Positions 41,400-53,545 of a stretch of DNA of 64,000 nt are shown in pieces (within the stretch, counting starts at the first letter, position 1; each line of letters opens with the position of its first letter). This DNA comes from Octopus vulgaris (taxonomy: Eukaryota). Below the pieces are notes generated by a model. The model saw nothing but the letters and a program-made list of their open reading frames with translations. It was not told the DNA's origin and searched no databases. The stretch covers positions 20,398,001 through 20,462,000 of the forward strand of contig OX597843.1 of NCBI GenBank assembly GCA_951406725.2. The letters are read 5' to 3'. The position numbers and the translations under genes were made by a program.

Positions 41400-44025
41400 G
41401 TAACTTCATAAATTCCAATTCAATCCGTACACTTCTGTAAATTTCTTATTTACTTTTGCAACGTTTTGTGTTTTGTGTTTGTTGTTGTTGAAGGAATTAC
41501 TGATAAATGTAAGTTCATAATTTACTGCCAGGAGTAACTTCAAACATTTCACTTAAACCCGCGCACATAATTAATTTCCCTAAACATTTCTTATTTACCA
41601 CATTTGTTTTCAAGTAACCCTCTGTTTTAAATTTCCGGTTTCATAGGATTATGCTTCTTCATTCATACGTACCATCCTTGCTACATTCACCCATCTTTCT
41701 TAAAACATTCGCTAGACAAAACTTGCCTCTCTGCTCTCACTTTTTTTTTCAAGTGACACTTGAAGAGATGATACAAGAAGATGTTGAGAGATTGACCAGA
41801 GAGGAAAGTGTTTGTCTCCAATCCTTTCATACGCGTCCACCAGATACATTATGTCGCCATATGATGAAAATAGCTCTTCCTTTCTGCTTGAAAGAAAGAG
41901 GCGTGACAATATTGACGATAGACTCGGCTGTTTAACCGACTCGTCCCACACGTGACAGAAGTTGTTCGACATAAGCCCACAGTTCGGAAATGTTTGGACA
42001 CTGCACGAGTGCGTGCAGAACTGTTTCGTCATTCTGACCGCATCTCGGGCAGGTCGGCCCCGTGTTCCTCGAGCCGTGTCTGTAGAGCTTATCCCGAAGG
42101 AGTAGCGCTTCTCGGTAGCACTGCCAGGTAAAGGATCTCTGGTTGCTGTGAATGGGCGCTGGCCCGAAAGTCGTCCTGAACAGGCGGGTCAGATATTCCT
42201 CGTCGACGTCCAGGTTCGCCCGAGCTCGTCGTCGCACCTCCCCTCCACTTATCCACTATAGAATGCTTGGGTTGTGCTGATGTCACTCATGGTCGACTCG
42301 AGGCGGCATAGTTGCTTGACAGCAACGGGACACTCGCGGTGCCATTCGCACCTTCTCGGCCTCTTTTTGATCCACGGCTGCAGTTCGGTCATGGAGATGA
42401 GTTCACACCTGTTCACCGTCGTCTACGTAGAGCCTGAGATTTCGCAGTCTCAGCGCGTGTCTGCGCATCATCAACCACGGTATGCCCAGCCCTCCTTTTA
42501 ACGGGTGTTGACAGCAAATGTATCGCCTGACCATCGGGACGCATCCTTTCCTCAAGACGCGAAAGAGAATGCGTTCTAGTTTGGTGCTAGTAGGGTCGGG
42601 ACAAGGCACGACGGTCAGGCGGTTGTAGATGACGTACGCGATGTACGAGTTCGCCACCTCCGCCCGACATTTTAGGGACAGTTTCTCTCGGCCAATTGCC
42701 AGGCGAGAGTGGCCACCCTGCTCATTATCTCGTTCCACTTCTTCTCCATTTGGAGGTCTCGCCCAAACCAGACCCCGAGAAACTCGACCGGACCGCCGTC
42801 CAGCGTCCCACGACGGAGGCGCTGGTGGACTGCATGGGCTTGCTTCTCCAGGTGCCGAGTCGCAAGCCCACTGATTTATCCCGGTTGATTTACGCTCCTG
42901 TCACCGCAACGTAGTCTTTCAGTGTCTCACCGACATGCTCGACATGCTCGTGGCTAGACACTATGACGGTGTCGTCGTCCGCGTATGCCGACACGCTCGT
43001 CACGAATCCCAATTCTCGTGGGATGACCCTCATAGTTGGCAGCTTCCGTAATAATGGCTCGAGAGTCAATGCGTTCAGAAGCGACGAGAGGAGGCATCCC
43101 TGACGGACATAACGTGCAATGTCTAAAGGTTTCTATAGAAGTCCATTTACACGAATTACCGTACGGATGCCTGTGTACAAAGCGGCTATCCAGCCGCGGA
43201 AGACGGGACCGAATCCAGCCGCTCTGAGGACAGCTTCCAAGTATCGATGGTCTACCCTATCGAAAGCTTTCGATTGATCCAAATTGATCTGCGCTCCACC
43301 CGTACCAGATTCCTTACCTACCCTGTCTATGATGTAGCGCATCAGGTGGCGGTCGTCATGGATGCTCCGGCCCGGCACGGCGCACGTTTACGCCTTGTCG
43401 ACCAGTTTCTCGATGACAAGCGCCAACCTCTTGGCTAACACATTGGCCAAAATTTTCAAGTCTGCATTCAGCAGAGTAATGGGCCCAAAGTTATCTATAA
43501 CATTCCCCTTGTTTAGATCTTTCTTCAGCAGTGTTACGGCTCCTCGGATCACAAAACCAGGAATGCTCCAGTTTTGCTGCCAGTTGCAGTACACCGCTGC
43601 CAAGACGTCTCCAAAATGTCTGGCATACAACTGTAAAGCTCGTGGTGTAGACAAACAAAACCCGTCGATTTGTCTCTCGAGCATTCTGCTATCGCGTCCT
43701 GCACTTCCGCCGCCCTGATGGTAGGCTGTGTAGGTAGGTACCGAAGTCCACCCTAAGTTCTTGCTCGCCACTAGTCCCGAACAGTCGGGCAAAATGCTGT
43801 TGGAAGGCCTCACACATTTTACTTGGCTCGAGTAATTCGCGCCCCTGTTCATCTACCAGAGACTGAATGGTGCCATTGTTGCCCTGTTGCGCCTCTGCCA
43901 CCCGGGCTTCTCTCGCGGCTCTAACGCCTTCGATCATTAGAGCACGCATCATAGATCTGACAACACACCCTTCGTGTTTGTCGTTGAAGTGTTGGTCGAG
44001 TGCCAACCTCGCCGCCAAAACGTCG
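41400..44025 (-). mobile_element. Second Tx1/L1-clade ORF2 fragment (different, older subfamily)
   Basis: Motifs NFGPITLLNAD, NLDQSKAFDRVDH, AYADD, GGLGIP and CPRCGQNDETVLHALVQC. Confidence 0.88.
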
Positions 44026-44515
44026 GATAGATAGATAGACAATTTAGATAGAGCGAGAGAGACAGATAGAAACATACATACATACATACTTATATATACA
44101 TACATACTTAGATAAAAAGAATAATTTAAAAAATCGGTATGCTAATCACGTAGCCATCTTCCGACATCAGGACACAAGCAAAGCTCCGTTCGCTGCCTAT
44201 TCTTTAATAACATTTTGTAATCTGTCCAGCCCTTTAATTTAAGAGCTAAAAAGGATTACACTTTCACCTTTTCTACTTTTTAATTTTTAGATTTTTGTGT
44301 TTTCATTTTCTTTTTTTTTAACTTTCTACATTTTCTATATGCTATATTCTCAGTTTTCTCAAGTTTCTTCTCTTATTCATTTTTCTTTAGTTCGTAATGA
44401 TATGTTGTTTGTGCCTGGTGTATTTGTTTGAGATATCCCCCAACATATGAAACTGAACTTAAAGTCAGGTACTGTGTCCATTAAATAAATAAATAGTATA
44501 TATATTGTTGTTTGT

Positions 44516-44718
44516 TCATTCTCGAGCCATGCCTGGCTCATAAGGGACGGGGCACTGGACCTCTGCCGGTGAGCTGCTAGACGTAGGAGGAAAGAGTGAG
44601 AGAATGTGGTGGAGCTGAGGAGTTCCGCTCATAAACAAACATCGCATAATCTGAGATTCGAAACCGCGATCCCTCGAGCGCGAGTCTGCTGCTCTAACCA
44701 CTAGAACTTCTGCCTCCA
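44516..44718 (-). repeat. tRNA-derived SINE fragment
   Basis: Minus strand reads ctagtggttagagcagcagactcgcg..ggtttcgaatctc (A and B boxes). Confidence 0.7.
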
Positions 44719-44989
44719 TATATATATGCTCATGTGCCTCCATATATATATACATATATACACGATGTTGGACCCGGCTTTACTCGTGTTTTCCGTTTAG
44801 AAGTTAAGCCCACCTCTGACCTTGTATTGAAATCTTCTACATTCCCTCTACCAACTGTTACCAATTAAGATGTTATATCTGATTCGGCAGGGATTTTACC
44901 CGCTTAACGCTTTTGACATACTCCTACATACTGGACCGTCTGAAATAGCAGTGAAACGTTTGGGTGTACTTCGAAACTTTGATTGTGAT

Positions 44990-46145
44990 GTCTGTTTATT
45001 TCTCCCCCTGAATGTCATTCTTGGTACAAAATTAAGCAGTGTGTCCAATCTGAGTAAAATCTAAAGAAAAGTGGTAAGGTTATGTCATAAAATAGAATCC
45101 ATGTGACCATTTACATGAAAATATTCCATTGACATTTTAATCTCAATACGTTATATAAATAACCGACGTTTTATATGTCGAAGTGCTTAATTTTACTCAA
45201 TGTTCAATTTTCTTCAAAATCAGTTCATTATTTTATTGTGAATGATTTTGACGATTTCTGCCTTTCATCATTTTAATTTTAATTCTACTACATGAATCAG
45301 GCCTTAAACTTTACCTAAAAGTCGAAGTTCATCAAAATCGGATGAATTGTGTAAAAGTTACAGCATAAAATACTAATCCTATGGGTGATTGCATACAATA
45401 AGCCGATTGATATTTTAAAACGCAGTTATCGATTTTTTATCAACTCTTCATCTGGTATCAACTAATGGACATGAACTGTAATCACGTGTAAAATTTCTAC
45501 AAAATCGTTAAGAATGTCTGTAAGGAAATGCTTATGTACCTTTATGCCCTTTTCAAGCTCTTTTGAATTAAATAAATACATGTCCCGTATCCCCCACCAA
45601 TCATTTACCTACACTTCATATTTCATTAAAAGCGGATGAAAAATATGTAATTTACGGCCAAAAATAAAACCCCTATGGGTATTTGCACGCAAAACGTCTA
45701 TTGATTCTCTAAAACCACTGCTCCGGCGCAATTACCAATTTTTTCTCTCAACGTCATATACTGAAATCAACTCACTGCCATGAGCCTTGCTCACTCATCG
45801 ACTTTCATTAAAGTTGGACAAAAAATGCAAAAGCTGCTGGGAAAATAACATCGTTATGGGAATATGCGAGGTTAATGAACAAAATTTTAAAATGTCGCTT
45901 TGTTTTCAAATTAGGTTTCACATTTTGTTTGAAAAAATGTGTGGATCACAATGGTGATCACCGATTTCCAAAGTTTTTCTGTTAATACTTTTGTTAATGC
46001 CTCGTTAAAAAGCATTGGCCAAAATCGGTACCGCTTGGGATTGGGGATTTGAAAAAAATGAAAACACATTCAAACAATTTTTAAAGACCTTCCTGCCATC
46101 ATTTCAAGCGTTGCGGTGAAAAAAAATTGAAAATCTTCACCAGAG
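44990..46145 (-). repeat. Copy of the 14980-16196 repeat family
   Basis: Collinear similarity, e.g. gtgtccaatct, gaatccatgtgaccatttaca and aaaagcattggccaaaatcggtaccg. Confidence 0.75.
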
Positions 46146-46199
46146 CGAGTGCAGGAGTGGCTCTGTGGTAAATAGCTCGCTTACCTCATTGAGCATGTG

Positions 46200-47850
46200 C
46201 GAATCAGAGTTGTGTTTGATACTGAAACTATAAAGACGTGTTTTTGAAGCCGTCTTAAATTGAAGATTTTTGAAACTCAGCTGTACAGTAAGACTTTTTT
46301 GGGGGTCTAGTGGGGGCCTGTTGTCTACCGCAATTATTTTTTGCAAACAAGAAGTCCTCACTGGATTCTAGTCTACCTGTAGCTGAGTGAATATTTTTTC
46401 ACTTACTGTGCTTTGAACTGCTGCTCTGTCTTCAACCCTCTTTTATTTAAAAAAAAGACTCTTTATTGAACTGTTAATTTTTTCTCCTTCCTTTTTGTTT
46501 AGACTTTTTCTCTTCCTTCTTTATCCTTAATTATTTTGTATTTTATGAAGTGTTTTTTGGACTTTTTTAAAAAGAAACATGGCAAAGAACAATGGAAAGT
46601 AGGTGGAGTGGGAATTTATACCACCCAAAAGATGAATAAAAGAACTTGAAAGTAAGACGGTGGTTTTGAGGACCTACTCTAGGATCCTCGACTCCATATG
46701 CCGTTTTCAAAAAATATTAATCGAAAGAGAGATGGCAGAATTTAAGCCAGCTATTAAGTTTATCACTCGGAGGGTCAAATATGCAACCGTGTGGTACTAT
46801 TTTACTTCCCAGAAGTGGATTGTGATTTTGCGTGCCAGCTCCTGGAAGGCAATGAAATTTTGTTTCTTCCCACTTATTGTGGGAAGAAGTTGACGAGGGC
46901 TTGGGTTTGCGGCTTTCCACCCGGTGCTGAGCCCGAGTGGATAGGAGATACTATCCGCCGGGGTCTGGGTGGCAGTAGCACCAAGCTCTTCAATGCAAAT
47001 ATTCTGCCTGCGGCTTACTGGGAGGTGTCAAAAGCTGTTTTGACCCTCTGGACCAAGTCAGCCGAAAGTCTGGTATTTCCAGACTTTTTGAGAATTGGCT
47101 GGTCGAAGTAACCGGTGATGCTTGAGGGAGCCCCCTCCAAGTGTAATCGGTGCCTGGAGACTCGCCATATAAAAAAGAACTGTCCTCAACGGCAAAGCAA
47201 AATCCTGGAGCGGTTAACGGAGACCTCTGTAGAAGAAGGAATGCAGGCGGCCGAAGAGACAGAGGATGACTCAAAGAAGAGCCGCAAAAGGAAGAAGGTG
47301 AGTAATAATGGGTGCTCACCGAAGGATTCTGGGAATGCGGGAGGAGAGGCACATGTTCCGGTCACGGACGAGATGCACCCTCCCCCAGTCAAGAAGCAAA
47401 AAGAGGATAAAGGAGAAACGGGATATTGCCGACAGTCGGAGACATGAAGCCTCATCGGTGTGGGTCGTGCCACTGGCGGGGCGGCGTGGGTAGACACACT
47501 TGGTAAGAATTGTTCCGCCAATGGTAGGATTGACTACCTCGGACCCGCAGGAGGAAGAACTGCTGTACTTCTGTTATAGAGGGGGAGTGGTGGAAAAGGT
47601 GGTGGTAGAACACTACAAGGGAGTACCTTTGGCCTTCGCACGGTAACCCGAATGGCCTCCGCAGATGGCTGTGGAGTTCATAACGTTGCACATGTTTCAT
47701 ATGCTGGGGGGACTAAAAGAGGAATATCGCTCGTGGCCGGGTGACGCCAACTCGGAGCATGCCTTGATTTTAAAGCTAGCATGGGCGATGGTGGAGTACA
47801 CGTACACAAGCGATGAAGAGGATTGACAAGAGGTTGAAAAGTCTCAGTGT
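46200..47850 (+). mobile_element. Tx1/L1 5' UTR and decayed ORF1 with gag-like zinc knuckle
   Basis: CNRCLETRHIKKNC (CX2CX4HX4C) in ORF 47115-47447. Frameshifted ORF1 from about 46580, preceded by a T-rich 5' UTR. Confidence 0.65.
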
Positions 47851-48059
47851 TATAATGTGTAAGAATTTAAGAGATAAAAAGGGAAGCTAAGAGAGATGGT
47901 GGTAGTGGTTGTGGGTGTGGAAGTAGTAAGTATTTTAAATCCCCTATCACTTAACGCATGATCAGAAATGCAATTCCATGAAATATTCACACTTATATAC
48001 AGTGTCATATGTACGGCGTATATATATTTTATATTATATATATATATATATATATATAT

Positions 48060-48345
48060 GTGGAGGTGCAATGGCCTAGTGGTTAGGGCAGCGGCCTTGC
48101 GGTCGTAGGGTCGCGGTTTCGATTCCTTGTGAGTGTATATTGAGCGAAAACACCTAAAAGCACCACGAGGCTCTGGCAGGGGGTGGTGATCCCTGCTGTA
48201 CTCTTTCACCACTCTTTCTCCCACTCTTTCTTCTGTTGACCTGCTCGCTTAGCCAGCGGGGTGGCGTCATTTGAAGGCTAAAACAATGCGAACACATTGT
48301 GACCAGTGATGTGTAGCAACATCTGATGGTCTGGTCGGTCACATG
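48060..48345 (+). repeat. tRNA-derived SINE in (TA)n, absent from the other duplicate copy
   Basis: tggcctagtggttagggcagcg..ggtttcgattcc. The equivalent site at about 4850-4860 is empty. Confidence 0.8.
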
Positions 48346-48384
48346 ATAATGATGATGGTGATGATGATATATATATATATTATA

Positions 48385-51002
48385 ATGAAAGTACCAGGAG
48401 TGTAAATGTACAATTGCAAAAGTGTGAACTACACTTCAGAAGAAGGGATTATATAAGGGGTTACACTTTTTCCACAAGCAATGAAATAGCTGCACCGTGA
48501 AAACAGAGACATTCTTGTCTATCCATGGAATACACCTGCAGAGCGAATCGCGTAGACATTGTGCCATCTAGTCTCAATGAGTTATCCACTTCTATTCCCT
48601 CATGGAATGCCGGATGGCACTGTGGGATTCTATATGTGGCGAAACGCAGAACATCCGCTCGCAGACGACTCACGATGTAATTTAGGGTTGCTGATTGCAG
48701 TAACTTGGGGACCATCAGGCCCAGTTGCCCGTAGAGCAGTACAGTGGACTTATGGACTACCTGCAGAGAGGAGCTTTGAAGAAGTGAACACTGTAGGAGG
48801 TGAAATCTATGCAAGATTTAAAGATGCGTACATATGACTTGGTCTTCTCCAAAATTATGTGATGTTGGAACATGCCATACTAAAGGTGCTGCATATCGGA
48901 TGGCATTTCGGCCGCGTATCACGTTTGTTGTCCTTTGCACCTATTCAAATCCTTCAAATGTCCTTCGCCTGAGGAACACTCACAAGAATACCATGATGGT
49001 AGATTATGCTCAGCGAGGTTTGAATGCATACTCTACACTCTATAAATTCTATGCATATTGAAATTTGCATTAGCTGCCTTAATGTTGGCTTGTCTGAACC
49101 AGTTCGAGTGTAACGGGTAGGGCATAAACATGACATGAACCACCCCGGCATTGCAACCGTTACCGATGAACAGAGAGTGATCGCTGATGCAGTCATTGAA
49201 GACAGTTGATAAGAAAAGGTGAGGTGAGGTGCTGGAATGTTCCTGCTTCTATGCAGAGGTTCCTGGAGGTTGGGACAAGAACTTACATATTTAATACGCT
49301 GATCTCACATCTACGAAGGAGAAACTATCAAGTGGTGCGTGCAGAGGCATAGCTTCAACATTGATGTCTGGTGGAAGGACGGTGCACAGTTTGCGCAAAT
49401 TGCCCGTTCCTCTGTTGGAAACTAGCTTTTGCAGTGTACCACCCATCTCTGACCAGATATTACTTGAGAAATTTGTATTTGATTATTATAGATCAGGCTT
49501 CCATGATCCCTCTGTATGCTTTTCATGCTAATGACAAAGCTCTGAAAGAAATCACTGGCAACAATGAAGGTTACGGTTGAAAAGTTGTGCTCATTGGTAG
49601 AGACTTCAGGCAAGTTCTGCCAATATTGCCAAGAGGAACTCGTGAGGCAGTAATTCAGATCTCCATTAAGAACTCTCCTCTCTGCATACACTTCAGACAT
49701 TTATATGTTGAGCCAAAATAGAGCAATAACAGGTCGAAGACAATTTGCAGCATGGCCACTACACTTTGACTATGGCACCACAACTCTTATGCAAGATCCA
49801 AGTGAGTTAGTGATGATATAAACGTGCTACGTGATTTATGCTTTAACGGGTCGCTGATAAATGATGCTTTTTGGCAATGCCCCTCAAGAACAAAGAACAA
49901 GTAGAGCGATCCTCTCACCAAAAAGTTCAGACTGCTTAAAGATAAACGAAGGGGTTATGGATAAACTCCCAGAGGACCAGTGCTTTTAATACAGCATGGA
50001 TAAGGTCTTCACAGATAACCCTGCTGAAGCTGAGCGATATCCCCTGAGATTTCTGATTTCATGGACACCATCTGGAATGCCACCTCCTAGACTGCATTTG
50101 AAGCCTGACTCCATAATAATGCTCCTGAGGAATATTTCAATTGAAAATTGTCTCTATAACGGAACAAGACTGAAGGGAAGGCCCTCCATCAAGACTCTCA
50201 TTGAAGCCTCAATAATAAGTGGCACATTGATCGGGAGACGTATTCTCATTCACAGAATAAGGCTGGCACTGAGACGCCAAATCCCGTTCGCTTGACAATT
50301 GCAATGACTATCAATAAATCACATGGGCAGACATTTGATAAACTGGAGCGATCCTTGCCTGAACATGCGTATTAATGGTCAGCTATATGTTGTTTCCCAA
50401 GGGCTCACAAACATTATCTGATATTAAAGTTAAAGTTATCAACACTGACAAACAAGGGAAAAGAAGAGGGAGAAGTTACGCGAACAACACAATCTGTAAC
50501 GAAGTATTGGATTGAAAGGTGTACGCAAATTGAAATATATATAAGCTCTGATGCACCGCCTTTCTTATGAACTACCAACGATGTGGCTTTCAGACGATGC
50601 CATGTTGCATTAAATTTTCAACCCTATGTTTTACCTATAAAATAATTTTTTAACTATAATATTTTTGTTTTCTTGATATGAATGTGTAGCCATGTAAATT
50701 TTAAAATGCAATTTTTTTCTCTACATGGGGTAAATGGAAAAAAATATTAAATAATTATTTTATGATTGCTGTGTATTAAGTCTATAACATCGTACATGAA
50801 GTATATAAAGTACATATATAAAGTGCATTAAGTAATCATCGTATTTCAGTTTCCTTCAATTTTCATTGAATAGCAGATGAGAAACATTCTTTTCATACAC
50901 ACACAACACAGTCTACGCTTTCAGATTTTTTGGATAAATTTTTCAGGAGTCACCGAAAAGATTTATTATTAATTCCGTGGAATATTCATGGAACCCGCTA
51001 CT
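48385..51002 (+). mobile_element. Duplicated decayed Helitron (PIF1 helicase remnant)
   Basis: Motifs SYPLLFPHG, IIDQASMI, DFRQVLPI and PSGMPPPRLHLK..NGTRL. Confidence 0.88.
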
Positions 51003-51324
51003 GAAATAATAAATGTTGAGTATTAAGAATCAGATGAAGTGAGAAAAGAGGACAATGAGAGAGAAGGGTGAGACGATGATGACAATCAATATTATGATCG
51101 TGATGATGATGACGAAGATGATGATGATGATGATGACAGCGATAATGTTGATCATAAATACGATGTTGAATGTTGAGATGAGGATGAATATGACGAGAAA
51201 GCGGATGAGAATGTTGATATTGATATTATCACTGAATATTCTAACAATTCAGATGAAAAAGAAGAGGAGGAGAACAATAGGATGAAGATGAAATGAAGAA
51301 TTCCTGCAGATTACTCAATAGTTC

Positions 51325-51830
51325 AACGAAGGTATTTTCTTTTTCGTTGATCTTTAGCTTCATGTTAACATCCACTGGGCAGCTGATTTCCACAAGTGTA
51401 CACAGTTTCTCTCCTCAATCCCAAATCACCATGTCAGGTCTATTGTGTTTACATTACATTGGGATTTACCCTGGGACATTCCGGCAGCACTCCATTTTAT
51501 TGGTAGCGGTTTTAGCTTGCACCATATTGTGGGATTTTATTTCTTTATCTTTGGAATTAACCTTCCGACGGATTTCATTATACAGTGTCCTAGCTACATC
51601 ATGTCACATCGGTAGATAAATCATGATGACATTTTCGGACAACTGCTTGTAATATGGGTGATATCTTCGGTGTTACCCCCACGTAATCTGCATCGGCTGT
51701 CACGCTTTACTGTTTTGCCTGCATCTTTGTCCCTTTTGTGCATTAGGTATTTGGTTGATATTTCCTGTTCCTGGATTGCAAACGGATACCCTTCAAATTA
51801 GGAGATAGTAATCCGGTTGTTGGACCATGT
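51325..51830 (-). mobile_element. Duplicated R4/Dong-like fragment
   Basis: Copy of 7820-8310. Confidence 0.72.
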
Positions 51831-52976
51831 ATATATGTATGTACGGATGAACCTACCTTTTATCTCTTCCCTGTTCTAGCCAGTAGACAGCGGCCATACT
51901 GGAGTATCACATTAAAGAGTATTACTCGAACAAATCGAACTCATTACTTATTTTTATAAAGTTTGCTACTTATTCTATCAGTCCCTTTTGCTGAAGCGTT
52001 AATTTGCAGAGACGCAAAGAGACCACCACCTTTGAGCTTGTGTTTGTCCCCTACCATCCCTTGACAATATATATGTATATATATCTAATACATCAAATCC
52101 GTTCTGTCTGTTTGTGCGCTTATAACTCGAGTATTTTTTATCCGATCGCACTGTAATTTTAAACATGGACACATGAGAGAGCAGGGCGTTCCGTAATCTA
52201 AAAAGATTTTCAAAATTGCTGGTTTCAAAATAAGAATCGCTATTTTTGTAATCTTTTCGTCCTGTTTTTCCGCCATTAAAAGCAACGAGCTTGTTCAGAG
52301 AGCCAGCACATACCATTTAGCTAGCAACAAGTGGCGTACATGATGACAGTCAGCCAAAACCATCGCTATGCTGTCTCTCTTCTTTCCTCTCTCTGTCTCT
52401 CTTATGATGTCCGATTCCACTTGAAGTTGTATATATATTGTGTTAAGATTCGTTTTCAATCATTTATCCTTATGGAGAAGAAACAGACAAAAGTAACCAC
52501 CACATACAATAAACAAACATCACCACTACTTTACACCGTCCAAGTTAACCCTCTTCACTCTTGCAGCTGACATGAAAAACTACGCAAGAAAGAGAAAAGA
52601 TCGATTGCTATTAAAACAGGTAACATTTTGGGGTTAATAACATTAACCTTTAGTTACAGTTTCTCATTCAAACTACATAATGGGTAGGGTTTTTGAGGGA
52701 GATTTGGCTGCTATTTCCCCTAGGTAAATTGTAGAGGTCTGCTTCATTGGCTCAAACATAAATATATACATACATATATACATAAAATCGAAATAAAATA
52801 TTTAAAGCAACAGATGTCAAATAGAAAAGCCAAGGTCCATGCAGTGTCATGGGCCAAAACAATTCCCAACTTCTTGCCTAATGCGAGCCCAGAGCAATCT
52901 TTTATCTCTTACACTATTTCAGTATTACGTCTGTATTGTAATGCGAGATAATATTTTCAGTTTGAAAGAAGCCTGT

Positions 52977-53027
<51 letters not shown>

Positions 53028-53545
53028 GTATGTATTCCAAAACCGAATTACAGATTTTGACGTATGGGGTTTCACATGTTACAGATAAATTCCTCTATTT
53101 ACATAATACTGAGGTCCCATTCATTCTTTTGTCGGCATACCGCTACTATTAATATATATATGTATAGTAAGAGAAGGGATATAATATCAAAGCAGATAGC
53201 GAATGGATAGGCTGGATCCTTCAGATTGTAGGTTTTACGCTGAATGTCCTTTAGGTCCCAACCGATGTAACAGTTTATTTTTTGGCAACCTAGATATACA
53301 GTCTAATAATGATAATAATGGGATTGAGTTTGTATATTCAAATTCTTAATTCTCTCTGTCTCTCTCTCACTCTTTCTTTCTTTCATTCTATCTTTCTTTC
53401 TTTCTCTCTTTCGCTTTCTCTCTCACTCTCTCTCTCTATACATATATACTTATAAATTGAAGATATTCTCATTAAAATGTTATTTGTTATAAACATTTAT
53501 ATATGTATATGTTAGGGTGTGTGTGTGTAAGTACATGTATATATA

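Larger units (their letters stand above)
31229..41400 (+). mobile_element. Large decayed Helitron interrupted by a Gypsy element; true ends not determined
   Basis: Motifs IGDMYLYCEYCGALNF, GRG.HCF.I/QGQ, YSQLYI, RRYNF..SNE, HUH-region motif EFQKRGLPH, KYICKY and SPSEALWR. Truncated at the helicase Walker A near 41395. Confidence 0.85.
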
